In this document: positions 26,062 to 33,867 of the stretch, in pieces
Layout of the letters: each line of letters begins with the position of its first letter
Numbering within the stretch: the first letter of the stretch is position 1
Source: a virus
Taxonomy: Duplodnaviria; Heunggongvirae; Uroviricota; Caudoviricetes
DNA length: 41,439 nt
Direction: 5' to 3' (one strand)
Virus record (IMG/VR): IMGVR_UViG_3300044630_004416
Span: 1-41,439 of that record
Program-made: the position numbers and the translations under genes
The notes under the pieces: model-generated
Seen by the model: the letters and a program-made list of their open reading frames with translations, nothing else
Database searches by the model: none
Told to the model about the DNA's origin: nothing

Positions 26062-26366
26062 TTAAACTCCTGTAGACCATTGTTAGTACGAGAATAATGC
26101 CTATCGAAATGAAGTAGAAGCATTGCGTAATGAATCACCTTCATAAGGTCTCGTTTGTTGTGACCATCCTTATCACCATATCGGCTGCCATACTTAAGAA
26201 TATTAGCTTGACAGAAATCTGGTGCAAGACCTTTTGCTGCCATTAGGTCAATAGTCTGAATTTCGCTATATTCATCCTCGTGACCACAATAATGGCTTCC
26301 ATAGGTGCTCACAACATACTCTTCAATATCTTTGAGGATTTTTTCCTCGTTGTACTTCCATTGCAT
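26058..26366 (-). CDS. Conserved hypothetical protein (DUF3310-like by resemblance)
   Basis: TYGSHY, FCQANILKYGSRYGDKDG and DLMKVIHYA motifs. Confidence 0.75.
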   Translation of the reverse strand: MQWKYNEEKILKDIEEYVVSTYGSHYCGHEDEYSEIQTIDLMAAKGLAPDFCQANILKYGSRYGDKDGHNKRDLMKVIHYAMLLLHFDRHYSRTNNGLQEFK

Positions 26367-26384
26367 AATTAATAATCTCCAAAT

Positions 26385-26408
26385 AAAAAATGGGGAGAAG
26401 AACTCCCC
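26385..26408 (-). terminator. Intrinsic terminator after cobS-like gene
   Basis: GGGGAGTTCTTCTCCCC-ATTTTTT on the minus strand. Confidence 0.75.
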
Positions 26409-26410
26409 GT

Positions 26411-26439
26411 ATTATACACGATTTAGAAAACGGTGTCAA
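26411..26439 (-). promoter_or_regulatory. Consensus sigma70 promoter for the gp45-gp44-gp62-regA operon
   Basis: TTGACA-17 bp-TATAAT. The -35 box is encoded in the last codons (VDT) of the cobS-like gene. Confidence 0.85.
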
Positions 26440-27532
26440 CCTCTTCATTAGTTTCTACTGTTGCTTCTTCAGTAATATCTGTAACAGAAGCATCAATGTT
26501 CTTGTAGAGGTCTAGGAAAGAACTCTTGGTGTCATCATCAAATCGGTTGATGCAAACGTTGATTGCCTTCTTGCGATTTTTGAAGATGGCGAATGACTGA
26601 ACAATGTGAACCAGACGACGAGTGGTAATGATTTCGTCTACACCACCATCATAGAAGGTCTTACGAATGGTATCTGCCCAGACAATTAGCTTATCTACAA
26701 ACTCCTCATCCACAGTCTCAAAAGTCTTCATCAGGTTCATGAGAATTTTTTTCTCAGTAGACATCGAAGGATATGCCTGCTCAAAGGTGATTGGGAAACG
26801 CTCAAGGAAAGCTTCGTTCATCACATTGGTGCCAATGAAGCGACCATCATCAGAACCTTTACCTTTGGTGTTTGCAGTAGCAATCACATTGAACCCTGCA
26901 GCAGGCTTGACATACTGATTGATTTTCTTGAGGAAAACACCCTTACCTTCCAGCACAGACTGGAGGCACATGATTTTGTTAGAGGCAAGGTCAATCTCGT
27001 CAAGTAGTAGAACTGCACCACGCTTGAGGGCATTTACCACAGGACCGTCGTGCCATACAGTCTCACCATCTACCAGGCGGAAGCCACCCAGAAGGTCATC
27101 CTCATCGGTCTCGACAGTCACGTTAACCCGAATCAGTTCACGCTTTAGCTGGGCACATGCTTGCTCAACACTCACAGTTTTACCATTACCAGACAGACCA
27201 GTAATAAAAACAGGGTAGAACATACCAGACTTTACAATCCGCTTCACATCAGTGAAGTTACCGAAAGAAACATAGTTCTTATCTTTCTGAGGAATAAAGC
27301 TAACTACTGGAGTTGCAGGTGTTGCAGACATAGAATTAAAAGTTTTTTCAAGAGTTTCAACAGCAGTCAGATTCCAAACTCCACGACCAGATTTATGAGT
27401 CTCTAGAGCCTTACAAATAGTCGCAAGTGAAGTATTGGAGCTTGCAGCATATTCAATCAGTTGTTGGCGAGTAACAGTTTCGCCATAGACAGCAGAAAGA
27501 TTTTCGATAAGTTGGTCAGTCAGTTGAGTCAT
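26423..27532 (-). CDS. cobS: CobS-like / MoxR-type AAA+ ATPase
   Basis: GLSGNGKT, LLLDEID, TANTKG, NEAFLERF and ITTRRL; matches the T4-like cyanophage cobS family. Confidence 0.9.
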   Translation of the reverse strand: MTQLTDQLIENLSAVYGETVTRQQLIEYAASSNTSLATICKALETHKSGRGVWNLTAVETLEKTFNSMSATPATPVVSFIPQKDKNYVSFGNFTDVKRIVKSGMFYPVFITGLSGNGKTVSVEQACAQLKRELIRVNVTVETDEDDLLGGFRLVDGETVWHDGPVVNALKRGAVLLLDEIDLASNKIMCLQSVLEGKGVFLKKINQYVKPAAGFNVIATANTKGKGSDDGRFIGTNVMNEAFLERFPITFEQAYPSMSTEKKILMNLMKTFETVDEEFVDKLIVWADTIRKTFYDGGVDEIITTRRLVHIVQSFAIFKNRKKAINVCINRFDDDTKSSFLDLYKNIDASVTDITEEATVETNEEVDTVF

Positions 27533-27562
27533 AATAAAATTAACCTCGTGTGGTATGAATGT

Positions 27563-27591
27563 AGTATAGGGGAAAGGGGGAGGGAAGTCAA
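27563..27591 (-). promoter_or_regulatory. sigma70 promoter for the cobS-like gene
   Basis: TTGACT-17 bp-TATACT. The -35 box overlaps the upstream TGA stop. Confidence 0.75.
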
Positions 27592-29750
27592 GCGATTTGC
27601 TCGACGAATTTAGATAAGATGATTTTATTGTAAGCCTTCTTACCCATTTGTTTTTTAAATGTGGTGGTCACATTACCAGTTGCTGGAATTTGAGATTGGT
27701 CATCTTCTGTAGGAGTAGAATCTCCAATTTCAATGAAATACAATTCATTATATCCCATTGAAATTGAAGTGAAAGACCTAGTTTTAGACCATTCAGCAGA
27801 TACACTACTCCAGGAAGAATACTCATCTTTTAGATGACGAGCAACAAAAGACTTAGCTGCATAGAAATCAATAAGTCGGAAACCAACTGCATTAGAGCCA
27901 GTTACTTGACGATAGTAATCGACAAATGAAGATGTAACTCCAATACTTCCATTTTTAGTAATGTTCATCATTGTGATTTTGTGCTTCCTGTCTTGGAAAC
28001 AAAGAATATCATTGTGCTGCATCCAACCAGAATGAACAATATTTCGTTGCCCATGATGTGATGGACGATTATATGAAACTGAATTTGACTCTCCATCAGT
28101 TAGAAAAACTGTATTTACTTTATCTACTTTGTAAGTTTTTTTGAATTGGTCGAACAAAGGAATAGCAGCAAATACACATTCATTCAGAGGAGTGCTTCCC
28201 AAATCATAATGACCATACTCATAAGGAAGATATACTCTGGTGTCTAGAAGATAAGAAAGTTTCCAGATGTTTTGCATTTGCTTTTCTAGTTGAGCAGTAT
28301 TCATTTTGCTGCTCAGAAAATTCACCAGGAGAAAATCATTACTGATATAAATTTGATTTTCTTTAATTTTTAGAGTTTTGCTCCTAGACAACTTAGCATA
28401 ATTCTGTGCAACATTCTTATCGTTGAAAGAATACACTTCAAAAGGAACTTGAGTTTTTTTGCAGAATTGAATCAAGTTAAACAGTTGCTTGACAGTTCCC
28501 ACAAGATTTCCTTGCATAGAGCCAGACCAATCAATATACATGATTAGACCGTGAGATTTACCTTTAGGTAGTACAGTAATCCTCTTGAAAATATCATCAT
28601 TCCATTTATAAGAATGCATTTTATTTGTATCAAGAACACCTGTTCCAGCAGTAGCAGACCGATTATATTCGGTTGCTCGCTTCTTCATTTCAAACTCTTT
28701 GATGAGATATGAAACTGACTTTTTAGATTCTTCTTTGTACTTTTTGTAATCAGATTCTGATTTCTTGTACAAAGATTTGTAATAATCTTTGTTGGCATAT
28801 CCAGTAGGATTCGCTTGCCGAACAAGTTCAGCAAAAATATTAGGAAGGTCTTCTCCAAATTCTTTCCAATTAATAATGTGATTATCTACATTAATTTCTG
28901 GAGGAAGTAGATAGATATAATTATTACTATTCATATTAGCAAGTTGCTTCTGGTTCTTAGACCAGGCTGCATCAGTTTTAGAGCTAAAGTCTTGCTCAAT
29001 CCCAGAATTATTAGAAGTAGACTGAGTAGCATCGGAAGGAGAATTTTCCTTTTTGTCAGACCCCTCATTAGGAGAACTATTACTTTGATTCTCTGTTACT
29101 TGACTATTTTGAGATTCATCAGTCTGAGAATCCATTTGCTCAGTTTCACCATCGGAGTTATCACAATCTCCAGTAGAAATTTCAAGTTGCACTTCAGTTT
29201 CTTGTTGAACGTGTTCAACAAGTTCTTTAACGATGTTGATAACATCTTCAAAGGTTTCTGCTGCTGCAATTTTAGTTACAAATACTTGTTCTTCTGGAGA
29301 AAAATCAATAAAGACTCCACTACTCACATTGCCAAGTTTAAAATATAGATTAATCCTGTCAATAAATTTGAGAGAATTTACATCAATAGACTTAATTTCA
29401 AAAAAGTCTTGGTCATTCAGTTCAGAGTATCCACGATAAAATGCACGAGCAAGACCAGGATACTTTCGCTTCATTAGCTTCTCAATACGAGCATCTTCCA
29501 CCACATTCATATAACTATGAGGAAGATTCAAGTCTTGCCCAACAAGGTCTGGAGTATAGATAGCATGACCTACTTCATGACCAACAAGAAGGTCATAAAC
29601 ATCATCAGAGGTACTATCCCAGACAGGAAGAGTCAGAACACGATTATGAGTATCGAAGCTTGCAGTAGCAACTGAACGATGTTCTACAGTAAGGTTCTCA
29701 GTTGCAAGAAGTTTCGCAAGAATACTCTTGGATTGTTTGATGTCGGACAT
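27588..29750 (-). CDS. Metallopeptidase-like (HEXXH) plus VWA domain protein, CobT-like partner
   Basis: GHEVGH and NVVEDARIE near the N-terminus, acidic linker, MIDAS YIDWSGSM, GSTPL and FLTDGE. Confidence 0.85.
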   Translation of the reverse strand: MSDIKQSKSILAKLLATENLTVEHRSVATASFDTHNRVLTLPVWDSTSDDVYDLLVGHEVGHAIYTPDLVGQDLNLPHSYMNVVEDARIEKLMKRKYPGLARAFYRGYSELNDQDFFEIKSIDVNSLKFIDRINLYFKLGNVSSGVFIDFSPEEQVFVTKIAAAETFEDVINIVKELVEHVQQETEVQLEISTGDCDNSDGETEQMDSQTDESQNSQVTENQSNSSPNEGSDKKENSPSDATQSTSNNSGIEQDFSSKTDAAWSKNQKQLANMNSNNYIYLLPPEINVDNHIINWKEFGEDLPNIFAELVRQANPTGYANKDYYKSLYKKSESDYKKYKEESKKSVSYLIKEFEMKKRATEYNRSATAGTGVLDTNKMHSYKWNDDIFKRITVLPKGKSHGLIMYIDWSGSMQGNLVGTVKQLFNLIQFCKKTQVPFEVYSFNDKNVAQNYAKLSRSKTLKIKENQIYISNDFLLVNFLSSKMNTAQLEKQMQNIWKLSYLLDTRVYLPYEYGHYDLGSTPLNECVFAAIPLFDQFKKTYKVDKVNTVFLTDGESNSVSYNRPSHHGQRNIVHSGWMQHNDILCFQDRKHKITMMNITKNGSIGVTSSFVDYYRQVTGSNAVGFRLIDFYAAKSFVARHLKDEYSSWSSVSAEWSKTRSFTSISMGYNELYFIEIGDSTPTEDDQSQIPATGNVTTTFKKQMGKKAYNKIILSKFVEQIA

Positions 29751-29773
29751 GGGTGCCTCAATTCGTTGCACTC

Positions 29774-29813
29774 ATAGTAACAGGTCCAACCCTGCAAGTC
29801 AATGGGTTGGACC
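29774..29813 (-). promoter_or_regulatory. sigma70 promoter with the -35 box enclosed in a 10-bp inverted repeat
   Basis: TTGACT-17 bp-TACTAT; arms GGTCCAACCC/GGGTTGGACC at 29783-29792 and 29804-29813. Confidence 0.7.
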
Positions 29814-29824
29814 ATAAGGATAAC

Positions 29825-31540
29825 TTATATTTCTTTAACCTTGCTGAAGTTCTTCACTTTCTCAAATTTCAAAACTCTTTCAAACTTATCATGGAGAAGG
29901 TCTCCTTTATGGGAGATAACAAATATATTACTTCCATCATCAATACCACCACGAATAATACGAAGAAAATCTTCTGTTCCAGATATATCAAGAGAACTAT
30001 CAAATACTTCATCAAGAATCAATAAATTAGTATTTGCAGAATTTTTTAATTTTGCAATTGCTCTCCAAGTAAACATCAAAGCCAAATCAATTCGCATTTT
30101 CTCTCCTTCTGAAAATGAAGTATAACTAAAATCATCTCTGAATCTAGATTTGATAGTCTCTTCAAAATTTTCATCAAGATTAAAGTTTACATAGAAGTCC
30201 ATTAATTGAAGATACTTATTGATAAGCTGATTCATTACTGGAAGATACTTTTTAATAATTTTTGATTTAATTCCAGTATCTTTAAGAAGACTTGAAACTA
30301 CTTCGTAATTATTTTTATTCAATTTCATCTTATCCAGTTTCTTCTTTAAAGTAACTCCTTCAGATGCAAGAGAAGTTAATTTTTGTTTTTCAACTGCAAT
30401 GTCTTTATCAGACTCTGAAATTTTACCAATCTCTTCCTTCAAAGAATCAATAAATTTTACAAGACCTTTACATTTATAATTTTGAGAAGCCATTTGAATT
30501 GTCAATTCATTAATCTCTGACAAAATTTTCTGAGATTTATCAATGATTGATTGAGACTCTTCAATTTTAGCTTCTACTTCTTGAATTGATTGTTCTAATT
30601 TTTCAATCTGAGAATTACATTTAGTAATATGTTTTGTTTTAACTTCAGCAGTTAAATCTTGTTGGCAAGTTGGACATGTATCATTTTCATTATAAAATTC
30701 TTTATTGTTCTGATAGTCAGATAATTTTGTCAAGAATTTTGTCTTGTACTTCTCTAAATCTTTAATATTAACTTTTGGAATATTTGCTAACTCTTTATTT
30801 TTTTCATCTAACTGTTCGCAGATAGAATCGTATTGAGTATTACATTCTAATATCTGAAATTCATAGTCTTTAATTTGTGTTTGTTTATCTTCAATACTTT
30901 TTTGAGACTGATTTGAAATATAGTCAATATGATTCTTTTGCATCTTAACTTTTTCCTTCAAGAATTCAATTTCATTCTCAAAGGTTTTAATCATTTCATT
31001 ATTTGTCTTAATTCTATCTTTTAGAATTACATTCATCGTAGAAAAGATACGAATATCCAAAAGGTCTTCAATAATTTCTCTTCGATGTGCAGCAGGAAGT
31101 TGCATGAAGGGAACAAACGTACTGCTACCAAGAATTACAATTTGAGTAAATGATTTGTAATTTAGTTTCAGAATATTTTGCTCTAAGTATTTCTGTTGGT
31201 CTGAATTTGCAGCAAGTTGGTCTAATGGATTTCCATCTACATAGATGTCAAAAATATTTGGCTTGAGCCCACGAATAATTTTGTACTCTTTTGAACCAAT
31301 ACTAAATTCAAGTTCTACTTTACAATCTTTTTCATTTACAGAATTGATTAACTGATTTTTGTTTACTTTCCTAAATGACTTATTGAATAAAGCAAAAATT
31401 ATAGCTTCAATAATAGTGCTCTTTCCAGCTCCATTGGAACCAACAATTAAAGTAGTTGAAGTTGAATTCAAATCAATACTAATTGGTGTATTACCTACTG
31501 CAAGAAAATTTGAATAAGTGACCTTTTTAAATAAAATCAT
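29825..31540 (-). CDS. gp46: Recombination endonuclease ATPase subunit (T4 gp46, SbcC/Rad50-like)
   Basis: GSNGAGKST, central CPTC hook, FSEGEKMRIDLA, LDEVFDSSLD and ISH. Confidence 0.97.
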   Translation of the reverse strand: MILFKKVTYSNFLAVGNTPISIDLNSTSTTLIVGSNGAGKSTIIEAIIFALFNKSFRKVNKNQLINSVNEKDCKVELEFSIGSKEYKIIRGLKPNIFDIYVDGNPLDQLAANSDQQKYLEQNILKLNYKSFTQIVILGSSTFVPFMQLPAAHRREIIEDLLDIRIFSTMNVILKDRIKTNNEMIKTFENEIEFLKEKVKMQKNHIDYISNQSQKSIEDKQTQIKDYEFQILECNTQYDSICEQLDEKNKELANIPKVNIKDLEKYKTKFLTKLSDYQNNKEFYNENDTCPTCQQDLTAEVKTKHITKCNSQIEKLEQSIQEVEAKIEESQSIIDKSQKILSEINELTIQMASQNYKCKGLVKFIDSLKEEIGKISESDKDIAVEKQKLTSLASEGVTLKKKLDKMKLNKNNYEVVSSLLKDTGIKSKIIKKYLPVMNQLINKYLQLMDFYVNFNLDENFEETIKSRFRDDFSYTSFSEGEKMRIDLALMFTWRAIAKLKNSANTNLLILDEVFDSSLDISGTEDFLRIIRGGIDDGSNIFVISHKGDLLHDKFERVLKFEKVKNFSKVKEI

Positions 31541-31802
31541 AACTAACTGTTTCTGGTGGAATTACAAAGTCTTCTGGAGTAATTACGCAATAATTATATC
31601 CAAAATTTTTACATGCTGCAATAGCATCTTCTTCTTCAATTTCAAGAGATTCCATTTCTGGAAACCCATCTGCTTCTAACAACCCAATATAGCGCAAAGC
31701 ATCGTCGTGGTCAACAAACAATTGAAGAACTTTACTTCCATCGGATGTTTCTACGGCATATGCACCTTCATGTTTTTTTCCTTTGAGTGTTAGAATATAC
31801 AT
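31527..31802 (-). CDS. Conserved cyanophage hypothetical protein
   Basis: EGAYAV...DDALRY...DFVIPP; lies between gp47 and gp46. Confidence 0.8.
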   Translation of the reverse strand: MYILTLKGKKHEGAYAVETSDGSKVLQLFVDHDDALRYIGLLEADGFPEMESLEIEEEDAIAACKNFGYNYCVITPEDFVIPPETVSYDFI

Positions 31803-32848
31803 TATTGAACTTCACATGCCTCCACATAAATTGATTTTACAATAGTTTTTAATTGTGGTTTATCATAATTATCTTTCATATCTTCTATAAATTTCTGAAG
31901 AGTTGATAATGTATCTTCATGCTCTGCAGTTATTATTTCATCGTCAGAATCAAATATTGTATTGTCTTCTATAATTTTTAAATCATAGATTCCAATAGAA
32001 TAGAATTTCTCAATAATTTTATCAAATAAGTAAGTATCTGTTTTATTTTCTACTATTACTTTAACATGAGTATTTTTGTACTCAGATAAATCAAAATTTA
32101 TATAATCATTTTGTTTATCATTATAGTAAAATTTTCTAAACATCTTATATGGATTTTGGAAAAATTTTATTTCTCCAGTATCTAAATCATATAAATGAAA
32201 CCCTCTTCTTTCATTATAATCACTCCATGTTATTTCATATGGATTTCCAAGATAATGAATATTATCCATTACCGATTTGTGATGAAAATGACCAGAAAAA
32301 ACTTGAGAAAATTTTTGAAAAATATTTCGTTCTAATCCCCCATCAAAAGTATGTCCTGGATGAGCTTCAAAGCCATTGATTTCAAGGTGTCCCATCACAA
32401 CATTACTTTTAGTATTTTGAAGGTGAGACATTACCTTGGTCTCATTCTCTGAATTAATCCAAGGAACCATTGTAATGGTAGTTCCTAATATATCTATATC
32501 ACAAACTTCATCGTACACAGAAATATTATCATATGAATTTAATAACAAAGATGGTGCATTTAATTTATTAGTATTTTTAAAATAACAATCATGATTTCCA
32601 GTTATCATGTGTACCGTATAATTTTTCAGCTTATCAAAAATATTTTTCTTAGTCCATTCAAAGCTTTGATAATCAATTGATTTTCTATTATCAAATGCAT
32701 CTCCAAGATGTATTACTGTTGATACATTATATTTCTCTAGAGTAGGAAAGAAAACATTCTCGTAAAACAGATTGAAATAATCATGAAATTCTTTGGAATT
32801 TTTTCTTGCACCATAATGAGTATCAGTAATAATTGCTACTAAATTCAT
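31802..32848 (-). CDS. gp47: Recombination endonuclease nuclease subunit (T4 gp47, SbcD/Mre11-like)
   Basis: TDTHYG, HLGDAFD, GNHD, GHLE and SGHFH motifs. Confidence 0.97.
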   Translation of the reverse strand: MNLVAIITDTHYGARKNSKEFHDYFNLFYENVFFPTLEKYNVSTVIHLGDAFDNRKSIDYQSFEWTKKNIFDKLKNYTVHMITGNHDCYFKNTNKLNAPSLLLNSYDNISVYDEVCDIDILGTTITMVPWINSENETKVMSHLQNTKSNVVMGHLEINGFEAHPGHTFDGGLERNIFQKFSQVFSGHFHHKSVMDNIHYLGNPYEITWSDYNERRGFHLYDLDTGEIKFFQNPYKMFRKFYYNDKQNDYINFDLSEYKNTHVKVIVENKTDTYLFDKIIEKFYSIGIYDLKIIEDNTIFDSDDEIITAEHEDTLSTLQKFIEDMKDNYDKPQLKTIVKSIYVEACEVQ

Positions 32849-32865
32849 AATGTCAGTTCTCCGTG

Positions 32866-33336
32866 TTAGCGATTATTGCGATATTCAAGATTTTCTTTAA
32901 TACTATTCATGTCAGACATATTAAATCCCATTACACTGCTGTCTGCAGCAAATACTTCATCAAATCCAGACCTTTCAAGAAGTTTTGTTTTAATTTCTAA
33001 TTGCTTCTTTTCTTTTTGAATTCTGCGTAGAAAAGCAAAGTAAATAATCTGAGTAAAATATGCAAATGGATTAGTAGACTTTTCTGGATTAAAGTTATCA
33101 ATATACTGCAGACAATTTTCAATGCCATCACATATCATGTCATCCTTAAACATGTAGTTGACAAAGTTAGGACGATATGATAGATGAGTAGCAATCTTAA
33201 GAAAACACTCTCCAATATAGTTTGGAACTTTAGGTTTGGGTAGACCTTCTTCCTTTGATTTTTTTACTTCATTTCTGTAAATAACCAAAGCATCTAGAAA
33301 ATCTTTGTTATTTACGTAGTGTTCTTTTTTCTTCAT
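32866..33336 (-). CDS. gp55: Late transcription sigma factor (T4 gp55)
   Basis: HYVNNKDF, PNFVNY, DGIENCLQY and NPFAYFTQIIYFAFLRRI motifs. Confidence 0.97.
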   Translation of the reverse strand: MKKKEHYVNNKDFLDALVIYRNEVKKSKEEGLPKPKVPNYIGECFLKIATHLSYRPNFVNYMFKDDMICDGIENCLQYIDNFNPEKSTNPFAYFTQIIYFAFLRRIQKEKKQLEIKTKLLERSGFDEVFAADSSVMGFNMSDMNSIKENLEYRNNR

Positions 33337-33362
33337 TCAATGTGGTCTATGCAACTGTGGTT

Positions 33363-33391
33363 ATTGTAACACAAAATCAGAGCTTTTGCAA
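33363..33391 (-). promoter_or_regulatory. sigma70 promoter for gp55
   Basis: TTGCAA-17 bp-TACAAT on the minus strand. Confidence 0.7.
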
Positions 33392-33397
33392 TACCCC

Positions 33398-33426
33398 TTG
33401 ACAAGACCCTCAAATATGTGTATAAT
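33398..33426 (+). promoter_or_regulatory. Perfect sigma70 promoter oriented antisense to the uvsW operon
   Basis: TTGACA-17 bp-TATAAT on the plus strand, with no plus-strand gene downstream. Confidence 0.7.
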
Positions 33427-33446
33427 GACTCTGTTGAGGGTCAGAT
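33417..33446. repeat. 30-bp repeat, copy 2 (inverted relative to 3418-3447)
   Basis: TGTGTATAATGACTCTGTTGAGGGTCAGAT. Confidence 0.9.
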
Positions 33447-33468
33447 TTAATTTAGATACTTATAAGTA

Positions 33469-33867
33469 TTAGATATCTATATTAAGTTTAAAGGACTGCT
33501 CTAGTATCTTTCTAGCATCATTAATATTAATTTTAAATCCTAATTCTTTATCAAGTGAAACTTTATTATCATCAGTTTCATTAAGGTACTTTCTTAAAGT
33601 ATTACGATAAAGTCTTAGGATTTTTTCATCTGCTTCTGCAACAGTAAATACTTTTTGTGTTTCAATAAAAAAGATATCTTCTTTTGAAAACTTAATCCAA
33701 GGTCTCATATCAACCTTATACATTTCTCCTGCAGGAGTCATTATTAATTCAACATTGATTTCAAAAGGATTTTCAACTACAAATCCATTTTCACTTTCGC
33801 ATGATAATACTGTTCCTACTAGCTCTGTTCCATCTATTAGTTTTAGTATTCCGTAAAATTCATTCAT
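33469..33867 (-). CDS. Conserved hypothetical protein, possible Sm-like fold
   Basis: GILKLIDGTEL...VENP...MRPWIKFS; lies between uvsW and gp55. Confidence 0.8.
   Translation of the reverse strand: MNEFYGILKLIDGTELVGTVLSCESENGFVVENPFEINVELIMTPAGEMYKVDMRPWIKFSKEDIFFIETQKVFTVAEADEKILRLYRNTLRKYLNETDDNKVSLDKELGFKININDARKILEQSFKLNIDI

Noticed and set aside
26423-27532. cobS as evidence of phage cobalamin synthesis
   Set aside because: No other cob genes are in the window, and the MoxR/VWA pairing points to a chaperone-type role.
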